A stretch of DNA of 63,812 nt, the filler included, from Octopus bimaculoides (taxonomy: Eukaryota), in the NCBI RefSeq assembly GCF_001194135.2. It is 6 parts of 5 records of this genome, joined end to end, with 100 filler letters (N's around TTAATTAATTAA, not from the genome) between each part and the next. Parts side by side here need not be neighbours in the genome. Positions count along the whole stretch, not along the records: positions 29,737 to 61,521 come from NC_068987.1; 5 more parts are not named here. One strand, written 5' to 3'. The notes beneath the pieces are model-generated. The model did no database searches and was not told the DNA's origin. It was given only the letters and a program-made list of their open reading frames with translations. Each line of letters begins with the position of its first letter. Within the stretch, counting starts at the first letter, position 1. Shown here piece by piece: positions 38,495 through 51,971 of this stretch. A program made the position numbers and the translations under genes.

Positions 38495-38692
38495 TAATAA
38501 TGGCTTGAAATTTTGGTAGAGGAAGAGTAGTTTTTTTAGGGAGAGGGAAATCCATTACACTGAGTAGTATTTGATCAAAAGCATAAAAAACCAAGTCGAC
38601 GTCTGCGTAGTTTGAACCCAGAACGTACAGACAAAGGTAATGTCACTAAGCATTTTACCCAGTGTGCTAATGGTTCTGCTTTCTCGCCGCCT
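38495..38692 (-). mobile_element. SINE-A copy, degenerate
   Basis: AAGTCGAC..TTTGAACCCAGAACGTA..AAGCATTTT..TCGCCGCCTT. Confidence 0.7.
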
Positions 38693-41600
38693 TTGTGCGC
38701 GTTAATAACAGAAAGAAGGACATAGTCTGAAGTTACGAAAATGAATGGAATACTGCTTAAATTCTGTTTCATTCATTTTTGTTGTTCATTTTTGTTGTTG
38801 TTGTGCAGACAAACTACATATATATAGCAACTATATTGTAGAAATGCAGTTAGATAAGAAATAGAGCTGTCAAATTTAATTTTAATCTATTTAAAGCTAT
38901 ATAAAGTATATGTAAACTTAAATTAAATTTGACAAATTTGTGTGTTATTAAATGGTCCTTCCACGATATAATTGGTTCAGTTACAACACACAGTGGCAGA
39001 TCAAGTAACTTGCTGGGTAAGTACAACTCCTGAATATACATATACATATACATATGTATATGTGTTTGTGTATGTACACACACACACATATACACATACG
39101 CATACACACACACATATATAAATATATAGGTGTATAAGTATGTATGCATAAATGAAGTGTGTATGAGGGAAGGAGAAGAATGGTGATGATAATGATATTG
39201 AAAATAAGAAAGAAAGAAAGATGGAGCGACACACACACACATGCACAAATATCCACCATTTCTAAAGTTTCTGTGCGACAGTAACAACTTTGAACCTTAT
39301 GGTTGGAAAGCAAACTTTTTATTCATACGTACATGTCTGCATTCGTTAAACAAAATTGTATCTCTATCATCCTGACATAACTTGGCTTCATTACAATCGA
39401 TCAATAGATGCCACAACTGCGTACATGATCAAAGATTAAATACGAACAGTCAACATTTATACATGTGAATACAAGTATAATATTTGACCATCTTCTTAAC
39501 ACGTTGCGTAATACAGATTACAGACAGTTCACTTTCCTAAATATTCAGTAAATTTAAATTGAATAATTCAATGTTACACCTGGATTAAGTCAAATTGTTA
39601 ACATGATATTTACTGCATAATAGTAATTATCATGCTGCAATTGGTTTTACAAGCATTTTGTTCCACAGCGATACTGTCATATTAAAGCGTTTAGCAGAAG
39701 TATACGCTAAATTTCTGCTAATTAGGTAATATCTCCTCTTCTCCTTTCATTTTTATCTTAGTAAATCGTTTAGTTAGTGATTATTTCCTGTCACTAAAAG
39801 TGTAATTTTAGTTAGTTACAATGGTTTGGTTTACTACAACAGGTCGTTTAGCACCGGTTTTACTCCTTCTTGGTACATGCGCTCCGTAACAACTCTTTCA
39901 TTATGACAATAATGTTAACATAGAATGCATCGTTCTAAAAAGCCTTAGATGTTTTCTTTTAGTATTTTATATACCGAACGTATCCAAGTTTAATTATGCT
40001 GCTTTAAGTGCATTAAGTTCAGAATTTATTGATTAGATCTTACGGGGAGTATAGTATTCTCTTTCGTAATGATTGCATTCTACCAAGTTAGCCGGTTTGA
40101 ACCATGCAACTTGGCGAAGTCCATGGATCCACTATCAAACGATCAGTACATACCGATGCTTCTTCTTTGCACAAGAATCGTTTATTGGCAGGTCATATTT
40201 CTCTAAAAGTTTACTCAACACATCTCAAGAAATGTATATCGTATCCATTTCACGGTGTGTTAAGAATTAGCGAATGAATAATTTCAAAGGTAATGAAAAG
40301 TAAGCCATATACATAAGAAATTAATTTTTAAAATAGTTAACCAGTAAACGCCTGTTTCAATCAAAATCAATTTCAAACCTCCAGAGACCCTCAATGGAAT
40401 GCATATACTTAATTTCATGCAACATTTTAGAAAGAGTGTGAATGAAATTAATATTCTGATTTGTCATAATTTCTAATTATTACCGATACACTCTTGATTT
40501 GTTAATGTCACTAGTTGCTCATAGACTCAGATGCACGTATAACATTTTGCAGATATTCGCTGAGAGTTACAGATACACTGATCGATAGCATATCGGAATA
40601 TCTGGCAAACAACAGTTGATTCCTTTTAGACCATACGAAGTTATTGCTTAAAGTTCTTACCTGTCCAGTGCATCTGGCGGTAAATAAGTGCTATGATGGA
40701 TACATCAGGTATCAAGAAGCAAGAATACAATGTATTATCAGAATATTTGCGATATTCTTCGTAGTTCTTGTTTTATATCTTGGAGACTATAGCATGAGTC
40801 TAAAATGGTCAAATTAGTTCCAAGCCAACCTGTCGATTCAGCTATAGGATAAAAAAATATGACGATGCTACTTTAGATATTTGACCGAACAATATGTACT
40901 AAGAAAATGATTGGCGAATGTAATTATTATAGAGCCTAAACATACAGATGAATATTAAATATTCATTTCCTTCATTGATGCCAATTCTCAGATTTACACA
41001 CAGGAAATATATACAATATTGTAGACGTTTTGAAATGCATTAACACCGAATAGCTTGGGAAAGGATAAAAAATATCAACAAAGCTTATTTATTCCTCATA
41101 GGTCTCTTTGTGATTAAGGCCTCAGCATTGTTTCTGCAAAGCGATACTATTGTGAGACTAAATATAATAACATAGAATATAATTCGCTGAGTTGAAAACA
41201 ATAAATTTGTTAAATTTAATAATATAACAAATGAAATGAAGAAATATTGATTTATTTTGACTAACGGGAACGGAGAATGGAAAATTTCACATGAGATCTA
41301 ATTAATTAAATCGATCCAAAATTGGTGAAAAATAATAAATTTATGTATGAAGGCAGGATTTGAATTTAAGACCCAGAAGGACCAAAATAAGTATTCTAAA
41401 TCGAGTGATAATCATTTCTGCCAAAAGCATTACTTTACAAATTATTAAACATTGATTTCTTTCATTGGCACAAGACCAAACATTTTGTATATAGTATTAT
41501 ATCGAACAAACTTACAGTGTACTTCAGAATCTTTTTCTATCGAATTCGGAACAATGAGTGTACTGCAGTGAAATGACCAATAATTAACTGCATATATTTC

Positions 41601-42529
41601 ACTTTCTTTCTTGAAAGACATAGCAGATATACAAATAATTTGCACTTTTGCTGCCACCAAAAAGCATAGCATACATCACCGTAGCTACTAATGATACGGC
41701 TATTCTGCACTTCAAATAATTAACTAGGTATAATTGTGACTGAGAAGATCTTCGGTGTGTCAACCCGAATAATTTTGTTTTCTTTTTTACTTTTGTTATT
41801 TGTGTTCGGCCCTTTTGTAGAGTTTTATTAAGCAGTGTTCATAACTCTATTATTACCAATATAGTTTTAATTAAGTAACATCATTAAGCACCTTACATTA
41901 TGCACTCTATCACTTACTTTATTGCCGCATGAACAAAGGCTCAGGGTAGAAGAAATAAAATAACTGACCACATAAAGTAAATACCATGTTAAAATATAAA
42001 GGTATTCAGAGATATCACGTGAATGCGTGATCAACCAGACTATTGGACGTTTTTATAAATCACTAGTCACAATGTGCTTTTGAAATAAGAGACCCGTTGT
42101 CTAAATAAGCAGGCCTACATTTCCCCTGAAGGGAAGACTAATTGAGAGGACTGATTCAGACACTAATTGAGAGGACTAATATTCATAAATATTCATGAAT
42201 ATATTTCCGAATGATTATATATTTATAGCCTTGTCGGGACTATTTCACTTGACATAATATTTTCTTGAGGTCACTTCTATTATCATAAATAGTGGGTTCA
42301 TAACCAACGTAATGTAGCGACAAAGTAACTTTTAACCATTCGAAAATATATTCAATTCAAATGACGGTAAATAGTTTAATATCTAACATTTCGTAAATAA
42401 ACCATGCAAAAGTTATACTTATTTATGAAGGAACATATGAGAAATAAAAACTGAAATAGTTTGACACAAAGGAATCCCAATTATCAAACATTAAAATACC
42501 ATCTAATTAAAATTATAAAATTTACATAT

Positions 42530-42965
42530 AGGCGCATGGGTGGGTGTATTGTAAAACACTTTCTTTCTAATCACATGGTTATGGGTTCAGCCGCATTGTG
42601 CGGTGCCTTGGGCCAGTGGCATGTACTATAGCCTCGGGACGACCAAAGCCTTGTGAGTGGATTTGGTAGACGGTTTCTGAAAGACGCCTATCGTATACAT
42701 ATATGTATGTGTGTGCGTATGTGTGTATGTGTCTGAGTGTGTACGTATGTCGTTGTGTTTGTATCTGTCCCTGTATAACCACATGAGAACCAATGTTAGT
42801 GTGCTTACGTCCCCGCAGTCTAGCGGTCCGGCAAAAGGGATCAATTACCAGTACAATTACCAGATAAAAAATAAAAAAGTACTGAGGTCGATTAATTGGA
42901 CTAGAATCCTTCAAGGCGGTGCCTCATGATGGCTACAGTTGAATGGCTGAAAAAGGTACAGAATG
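42530..42965 (+). mobile_element. SINE-B copy
   Basis: Family B head, body, TG tract and tail AAGGCGGTGCC; further fragments at about 39180-39330 (-) and 43400-43445 (-). Confidence 0.82.
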
Positions 42966-43329
42966 GAATATGAAAGATATAATTATATAAGCATCTAAGA
43001 ATGCACACACATGCACACATACTATTATTTTCTAGATAGAATCAGCAAAAATGTGTTCCAGCCAGAGACATAAATACTATTTAACGAATATAGGAGCCGT
43101 AGATCAGCTACTTCCAGTTTCATACGCAAAGAGTGCAGTACCGAATGGCCTTATATACAGTACCGTGTACAATCCGGTCTTTAAAGCTTAAGGAATTGCA
43201 GATACTGCACTTTATATACCCCACAAATAATTTCTGTATGCATTAATTGATACATACATGCACGCATATACACAAAGGCACAAATGCACGTACATACGTA
43301 CGCAAACACACACACACACAGAGACACAT

Positions 43330-43377
<48 letters not shown>

Positions 43378-43691
43378 ATATATATATATATACACATGAG
43401 GCACTTCTTTCAGTTCCGTCCATCTAGCCCACTCACAAGCCTTTGAATAATATGATTTGAAAGGCTCATATGATTTCACATTAGATATTTACAAGGTCCT
43501 ATCAATGAGCACACCAACTCCTATCAGCCTTTGACTGATTTCCACTAAACGATTAAGACTTATGGCAGAAATAGGAAACAGAAAAAATAATTACCAATTG
43601 ATAATCATATATTCTAATCTCTTTTTTTTTTAATTGTCGGCATGATGACCATTCCCAAGTTACACACAGCCACCGTTACCACAACTGTTAT

Positions 43692-43751
43692 TTCTTCTTC
43701 TTCTTCTTCTTCTTCTTCTTCTTCTTCTTCTTCTTCTTCTTCTTCTTCTTC
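43692..43751. repeat. (TTC)n microsatellite
   Basis: Direct inspection. Confidence 0.95.
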
Positions 43752-45134
43752 ACCAAGGTAGCACTATGTAATGCATATCAGTAGGATGTGGTGATTTATC
43801 ATCTTCAATATTTTGAGTTGATACTTTTTCTTATTTTCTGCAGATTCACTTGGGATTGCAGCTAGTTTCTCAAAAGAGACATTTGTTTCTGATTCTTCAT
43901 TAGTTTCTAAGTTTCTCCTTGATTCGAAGTAAAGAAAAAATCTACAAGGTGATGTGTCTTTACCAATCCTAGCATATTTTCCCTTCTTCATTAGGATATT
44001 CTGTGTGAAAATATAAATAATCTGAATAAGCGCAAAGAGAAAATACCCTCTAAAACGAAACAGGAACTGATTACAGCCATGTAAATCTGTTCACACATAC
44101 ATCTGATATTTTTACGTCTGGGGAAGATAAGAAGGCTTGCTGCCAAAGTAAGTCAAATATTACAAGAGTTCAAGAGATTAACAGTAAATCGAATATTACA
44201 GATTAAAGATTTCTTTTCCATTAAATTACTTTTCTTCAAAATTCTATTTCACTTTCATGGGGCCCTGGAAACGAGGAAGCGCCATTAACGTTTCAGAAAA
44301 GTGATAGGTTTCAAAAGAAATTGTGTATTTCATGGATTCATCTGAATTTCAAACAACTATGTAACGGTCTTTTAGCTTTGAATTCTACTTCCACTTTTGT
44401 TAATAAAAATGGCCTCTGCGAATGTAATGGTTCAAATAATTTTGTGATGGAAGAGGGTGTATTGGATTGCGATTATGATGTGTTCCTGGTAGTGACGTAC
44501 TTGAGGTTATTTTTAAATGTCGATATTTGCATTTTTTCTTTTCAAGACCCAACTATTAACTACCAGGAACTTATAATAGAAGACATCCACTAAAATAATA
44601 ACTAGTGTTCAACAGGGATTTCTGAAAGTTGGTAGCCGTAGACACAATGAAATGTAAAATGGAAGAATAGTAACGACAAAAATGACAGATAATAAATCAC
44701 TATAATCAATGAAATTCTTAAGCGCACGCAACACGAAAATACAAATAGTAAGCCTGACGATGATGAAATATAGAGAAAAAAAGAAAGCAAATACTAAGTT
44801 TAATGGAAAACAAAAATTTGGAGTCATATTTCAAAGTTGAAAGAAAAGAAATCTGTTTCATCTTTGGAGTGATGCTACACGAAAATGATCATTTTATACT
44901 TCAAAACAGATGAAAAAATTAAAATTGTATAAAAAAAATTATCCAAAACAATTCAATGTCGAACAGAATAAGCAACTTTAGGGAGTGACGATATATGTGA
45001 GTGCCTGATTGTGGAGTGTGTGTATGTACGTGAGTGTGCACGGAATGCGTGTGTCAATGTGTGTGCGTTTGTTTGTGCTTAATCTCAAGTGAAAAATCCT
45101 GACTTTCAGTGGCCATCGTTGGGCCAAACAACTC

Positions 45135-45165
<31 letters not shown>

Positions 45166-45176
45166 CAATTATATAT

Positions 45177-45562
45177 GTGTTGTTGGCACTCCGTCGCTTA
45201 AGACGTCGAGGGTTCCAAGTGATCTGATCAACGGAACAGCCTGCTCGTGAAATTAACGTACAAGTGGCTGAGCACTCCACAGACACGTGTACCCTTAACG
45301 TAGTTCTCGGGGATATTCAGCGTGACACAGTGTGACAAGGCTGACCCTTTGAATTACAGGCACAACAGAAACAGGAAGTAAGAGCGAGAGAAAGTTGTGG
45401 TGAAAGAGTACAGCAGGGTTCGCCACCATCCCCTGCCGGAGCCTCGTGGAGCTTTAGGTGTTTTCGCTCAATAAACACTCACAATGCCCGGTCTGGGAAT
45501 CGAAACCGCAGTCCTATGACCGCGACTCCACTGCCCTAACCACTGGGCCATTGCGCCTCCAC
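45177..45562 (-). mobile_element. SINE-C full-length copy
   Basis: Near-identical to 14527-14915 by eye; imperfect TSD ACAATTATATAT (45165-45176) / ACAGTTATATAT (45564-45575). Confidence 0.92.
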
Positions 45563-46750
45563 CACAGTTATATATAGAGATGCATAAAAGTACTGAATAT
45601 TAAAAAAAAACTTACGTTTGTATTGTCTTTGTGTTCCGTTGTTATTATTTTCCGGGGAATTTAAAAGTGTATTTTGGACAATTGGGTAGCAGGTTGTGCT
45701 ATTGGTTTCACTAAAGAAAATTACTTTGAATAAATGTCTTTAACAAGTAGATACGGCAATAGTAAAGTCTACTAATTTACTGCTATTGCCATTGCATTAA
45801 TATTTTTATCCCTTCTATGTAAGTATAAAGTTGAATTAGAGATGTGTGCTTGTGCGCGTGCATGTGTATATACATATACGTACGCATGGGTACGGATATG
45901 GGGAGATATACATAGTACGCATGTGTGTGTGGAGGTGGGTGTACGTACGCAAGCTCGTCCTAGCCTCTTGACCAGTTAGTGTCTATCCAACCGTAGCTAA
46001 GCGTAGACAGTTTCAAACAATAGTTTTCCAATTAGAAGGGTGGAATTAACGGTAGAAATTAACCCTCCCCCATTAGCAGCAGAATGTTCGAACCGTTGGA
46101 AGAAGCAACAGGATATCCTACACCGCAAAGTTAGAAAGTTTGGCATATTATTATTGTTGTTGTTGTCATTGTTGTTGTTGTTATCATCATCATCATCATC
46201 ATCATTATCACTGTTAGTGTTACTAGAACATTAATAACTCGTGTAAAATGAACCTCCACATAAACCCATCCAAAATATATGGAAATGAAACGCACACACT
46301 CAGCAAAATTCTTTTTTTTAAAAAACACATACAACTTTCTAAATACGGCAGATAGCGCTGATGCTGCAAACCGCGTATGTAGTAGAATGCCTGTGTATAC
46401 ATACTTGTATATGTATACATGTGAGTGAGGGAATATCTGAGTATGGTTATGTACATGAACCCACACATATATATGTATTGGAGTGTCTATAGCTATTTGT
46501 ACTCTTTGTAGGCTCTTTATATGCCTTATATTTTTAGGATTTTTTAAAAATATATTTTTATATTTCCTATAAGTTATATTTTTATTTTTCATTTATGTAT
46601 TTTTATTATTATTTTTTTCTTGTGTTGTACCCTTATTTTATTTTTATTTTTATTTTAACTTTTATCTTGTTTTTGCTTTTATTTTCGTTCTTGTCTCTAT
46701 TTCACCTTTGTTTTTACCTCATGCTCAATATTTGTATGAATTTCTTTGTG

Positions 46751-46868
46751 AATCTCTGAAGAGGCCTAGCGAGTCGTGCATGTAACCCTATTTCAGCATT
46801 TCATCCGATAATCACTCCGGCAGGTACTATTCGGATAGAATGGGGCATGCCAAAGCTGGGCCGAAACA
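46751..46868 (+). ncRNA. Type I hammerhead ribozyme candidate with extended stem II; stem III and cleavage site lost in the gap
   Basis: CTGAAGA (46756-46762), stem II GGCCTAGC (46763-46770) paired with GCTGGGCC (46855-46862), then GAAAC (46863-46867); N-run starts at 46869. Confidence 0.65.
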
Positions 46869-47706
46869 NNNNNNNNNNNNNNNNNNNNNNNNNNNNNNNN
46901 NNNNNNNNNNNNNNNNNNNNNNNNNNNNNNNNNNNNNNNNNNNNNNNNNNNNNNNNNNNNNNNNNNNNNNNNNNNNNNNNNNNNNNNNNNNNNNNNNNNN
47001 NNNNNNNNNNNNNNNNNNNNNNNNNNNNNNNNNNNNNNNNNNNNNNNNNNNNNNNNNNNNNNNNNNNNNNNNNNNNNNNNNNNNNNNNNNNNNNNNNNNN
47101 NNNNNNNNNNNNNNNNNNNNNNNNNNNNNNNNNNNNNNNNNNNNNNNNNNNNNNNNNNNNNNNNNNNNNNNNNNNNNNNNNNNNNNNNNNNNNNNNNNNN
47201 NNNNNNNNNNNNNNNNNNNNNNNNNNNNNNNNNNNNNNNNNNNNNNNNNNNNNNNNNNNNNNNNNNNNNNNNNNNNNNNNNNNNNNNNNNNNNNNNNNNN
47301 NNNNNNNNNNNNNNNNNNNNNNNNNNNNNNNNNNNNNNNNNNNNNNNNNNNNNNNNNNNNNNNNNNNNNNNNNNNNNNNNNNNNNNNNNNNNNNNNNNNN
47401 NNNNNNNNNNNNNNNNNNNNNNNNNNNNNNNNNNNNNNNNNNNNNNNNNNNNNNNNNNNNNNNNNNNNNNNNNNNNNNNNNNNNNNNNNNNNNNNNNNNN
47501 NNNNNNNNNNNNNNNNNNNNNNNNNNNNNNNNNNNNNNNNNNNNNNNNNNNNNNNNNNNNNNNNNNNNNNNNNNNNNNNNNNNNNNNNNNNNNNNNNNNN
47601 NNNNNNNNNNNNNNNNNNCCTTCGCCTATGTGCATACACGTGTTAAGGATATAAATAAATATATTAACATTATTATTTTTTCTTTTATACTCTATGCACA
47701 AAGCTT

Positions 47707-47935
47707 GAGATTTTTGGGGAGGGGGTCAATCGATTAGATGGACACCAGTACGCAACTAGTACTTAATTTATCACCCGCAAAAGAACGAAACACAAAGTCG
47801 ACCTCGGCGACTTTGCCTTTCATTCTTTCGGGGTCGAGAAATTAAGTGCCAGTTGCGTACTGGTGTCGATCTAATCGATTGACCCCCTCCTCCAAATTTC
47901 CAGGCCTTATGCCTAGAGCAGAAAAGATTATTATT
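47707..47935. repeat. Fold-back palindrome made of two SINE-A 3' halves, 7-nt loop
   Basis: Arms about 47707-47800 and 47808-47900 around loop ACCTCGG (47801-47807). Confidence 0.88.
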
Positions 47936-48461
47936 ATATTTTCCGCTTAATTGTCACTGGCTGAAATCCTTAAATCACTATTCTCTTCGATAGTTTAATT
48001 ACTTCATCTCTGTTTTTACTCTCTCTCTCTCTCCCCATCTCTCTTTCTGTCATTAGATCTTCCGTTTCTATCTGTCTTTGGTGCACTTTTTATATCTAGG
48101 TTCTTATAGTCAGTATCAATATAATATTCTGCCAGTCTGTTATGTACTTGTATAGACGTTCATCTTGCATCTAACCATAAAAATATGTATAAACAAAACC
48201 ACTAAATCTGTTTATTTCTGGAAGTGGCTTATACTAATCAAATATTATATACCAAACATTTCTTATTTTTGGTTCATCTTTTATTTTTTTCCGACGGGGA
48301 TCTGATTCATATATATGAATGGTTTCTCATATACATCCTGCAGCTCCATGGAAGCTATACTGTGATTTATATGCATTCGGCTCTAAATCCACTGCATCTG
48401 ATCGGAGAAAGAGTTGTAAGGTGACAAAGTCCATTCCATAGTTTCTTGTTTCTATGTATGC

Positions 48462-48518
<57 letters not shown>

Positions 48519-49360
48519 TATGTATATATATATATATAAATATGTATATATATATGTACATATATACATACATACATACGTACACACACACATATATATA
48601 TATATACATATATAACAATTAGAAAATGGAGGATAATATGCTGAACCCAACTACTTGCAGACGGTGTATCCCGTTGAATTCATTAATTTAATTCATAGCA
48701 AACCCTCCGAGCAGTATACTGGATAGATACTATCCCTTAGTGGGTTGAACCCCCAACCTCTAACTCTCTCACGTTATATACATATATATATCTATATCTA
48801 TATCTATCTATCTATCTATATATTATATACACATCTATACACACATACACACATGTATACTTATATAGAAAATATAGTATTGGTTTAGGTACATTGAGAA
48901 CTCCGTATAGATATTTAATATAATTTGAAATTTGTATAATAATTATGTAATGATTACACTTCTATCGTTTGTGTGCCTTCCTTTGTGAACCGATTCTTTG
49001 TGTATATTATAGAAAATCTTGGCACCTGCTGTTTTTAGATTCACTATAAACGTTTATAAGGCATCTTGAACTTACAAAGCAATGAATGACAGTTATATAT
49101 ACGTTATTCGGTTATATATACATGCATTTCTTTTGTGAATATTGCCAACGGAATCAGGTTTACTTTTAAAACAGGACAAACACCGGCATCGTAAAGGGTT
49201 CAGAAAACAGGTTACAGTTTATATTTTAGCTCACAAAATAAGTTTCAATTGCTGTTTGCAAAGCATACACTAACAATGTTATGCAACCACACATACACGT
49301 ATTCACGTATTCCACTCTCATTTCCATTCTCACTCACAATGTATATTCCTTTATATAAAC

Positions 49361-50800
49361 ATGGGATACTTAGAACAAAACCTCTACCAAGAAATAGATG
49401 AGAGATACAGCACTGAATTTAGGAAGTAAATTGACAAGGCATGGAAGAGATACCTCAACGATTGCTTCATAATCTGGACAAAATCTGAAAACACTGTGGA
49501 AGAATTCAATATCCTCCTGAAAAACCTACACTCATCCATCCAATTTACAAAGGAGATGAGCAGTACTAAATTACCATTCCTAGATATGGTAATTAAAAAG
49601 AACACCTCCATTACCACAGATATATATTATAAACACACAGATATATATTATAAACACAGAGATATATATTATAAACACACAAATATATATTATAAACACA
49701 CAGATACACATCAATACCTGAACTGTAAATCGTGTCATGCACCGCAAACAAGACGTAACACGTCATACTACTTAGCCAGAAGAATATGTACCATTGTATG
49801 GGATTAGAGGATCAGGAATAAGCGCCTGATGGAACTAAAAGAATTTGGTATTCAGTGGGCTTTGAAAATACCCACGCATCAACTGAGGACAACACAAAGA
49901 AGAGAAAAATAAGACCAAATCATATAATTTATAGTGACGCACAATCTATGCCACCAGAACATCTTCAATTTCGCTAAAGCAAATCTACCAATCATTGCAA
50001 AAAGTAAGGAATTAAGAGATATCATTACATACCAAACTATAACTCTCAGTAAAATTCAGCCTAAAAGCTTGAAAAAGTTATTAACAAAGGCAAGGTTTGA
50101 CCATAGCAGCAAAGACCAACCATTCACAGTGTCTAAATGCAATGATAGCCGATGCGGTACGTGCCAAGTAATTCATACCGACCCATATATGAACACAAAA
50201 ACGGGAAAAATATTCACAAATCTACTGCATTAAATGCTCGAATTGTGAAGAACTGTATGTTGGCCAGACAGGCAATGCACTATCAGAACGCTCACGTGTG
50301 CACCGACAACAAATTAAAAATTCAAAAGTGAGCCAAATACCACTGAGTAATCACCTAGCAACATGTGGCCGGAAAATATTTATATTTCCATTTCATAAAC
50401 TATAGATTCCGAATGAAATCGAGTGAAAACTGAGAGAAAAGGACTTTATTAATGAATTCAAACACAAGCTTAATAAACAATGATAAAAATAATCTTAATG
50501 AAGTTTTAATAGTCTTATCCCCCTATCTAAAAATTAAAAATCTCTAGAATGCACTGCTGTCACCATTTCTAAAAATAGCCAAGCACTTACTACTTCCATC
50601 CACAGGAATGTATATAAAGGATAAAATTTAACCACTCAACCACAGTTGAAACCAATGAACACAGCTGTTACCACCACTATATGAACCTGAAAATTATATA
50701 AATGCAAGAATGTATACTAGTTCAGTAAGAATGGGCATTTAATATTTCATTTGTTCAATATGAATAGACAATTAATACTTCATTTCATTTCTTGTTACTA
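49361..50800 (+). mobile_element. Penelope-like element 2: RT C-terminus, GIY-YIG endonuclease and 3' terminal repeat, degenerate
   Basis: MGYLEQNLY, WKRYLNDCFIIW (DD mutated to ND), LPFLDM, TDIYYKHTDTHQYL, C..C (KCNDSRCGTC), IYCIKCSNCEELYVGQT at about 50220-50275; ORF ends at 50483. Confidence 0.9.
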
Positions 50801-50880
50801 TATTATTTTATATCTTATATTAATATTAGAAGATTATAAATAAAACGTGAAAAATAGAGAGTTGGAATTCCTGTGAGTAA

Positions 50881-50971
<91 letters not shown>

Positions 50972-50997
50972 ATATATATATATATATATATATATGA

Positions 50998-51565
50998 GTA
51001 AAGATTATTTATCAACATAATGTGGCATCCCGGTTTGGGATGAATGCTACTGTTGTTTTAACCTCAGGAAACATTTCTCCAGCTGGCTGTACGACACACA
51101 TCTGTGTCCTTATCTTTTAGTGCAGTGGGGTTTAGCACACCCACTCAATAAACAACAGGAACTGTGGACCGCAGTTTGTGTGTTATTTCTCTTCCTCGGC
51201 ACAGAATAACTGCTTGGCTGAGATGGCGCTATCAAATTCCCGTTCGATCACTGATCTACTACATAGAAACTTTATTATTTATAAATAACTCAACGAAAGG
51301 CATACAGTAACAGTACTTTAAGTAAAGATTATCTGCCAAAATAATGTGGCAGTCCCGATAGGATGAATGTTACTCTTGTTTTAGCTCCAGAAAATATCGT
51401 CTCCAACTCCCTATACGACACACATCTGTGCCCTCATATTTTTCAACGAGGGATTTTAGTATCCCCACTCAGTACAAAGCAATTTCTTTGAACCGCGGTT
51501 TTTGAATCATTTCCCAGGCACAGAATAACAGCTTCGCTAAGATAGCGCAGTCAAATTTCCGTTCA
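50998..51565. repeat. Two diverged tandem units (about 325 bp) related to the inverted-repeat arm inside the solo LTR
   Basis: Both start AAGATTAT..ATAATGTGGCA.TCCCG..GGATGAATG.TACT.TTGTTTTA; compare 2420-2475. Confidence 0.7.
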
Positions 51566-51775
51566 AAAATATATAATTTTCAAAGTGATACACAATCGCT
51601 GATAGGCATACATATACATTCACACATAAACACTCACAGACAAACTCACACACGCGCACACGAACAAATCGACCACTTGAATTACTTTTTTTCTTATCCG
51701 AGTACATACTGTATGTCTTACGTTTGCCGTAGTGCTAAGTTACGGCGTTGGAAACACATCAACATCGGTTGTCAA

Positions 51776-51938
51776 GTATGACTAACAAATCATAGATGGC
51801 ATGTTACTACCACCATATGAACCTTAAAATTGCATAAAAGCAAGAAAGAATACTAGTTCAATAAGAATGGACATTTAATATTTCATTTGTTCAATATGAG
51901 GGCAACAAGCACAGATATAAAGACACATACGCGCACAC

Positions 51939-51971
<33 letters not shown>

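Noticed and set aside
41518-41564. Possible 47-nt minus-strand exon (TLIVPNSIEKDSEVH) with CAG/GTAAG signals
   Set aside because: Phases would fit a FAM135 exon but length and peptide do not; no homology recognised.
43844-43928. Strong + strand acceptor with an 85-nt open frame (DSLGIAASFSKETF...), and acidic minus ORF 43764..43991
   Set aside because: Weak donor, no recognisable homology in either direction; cannot be supported without RNA-seq.
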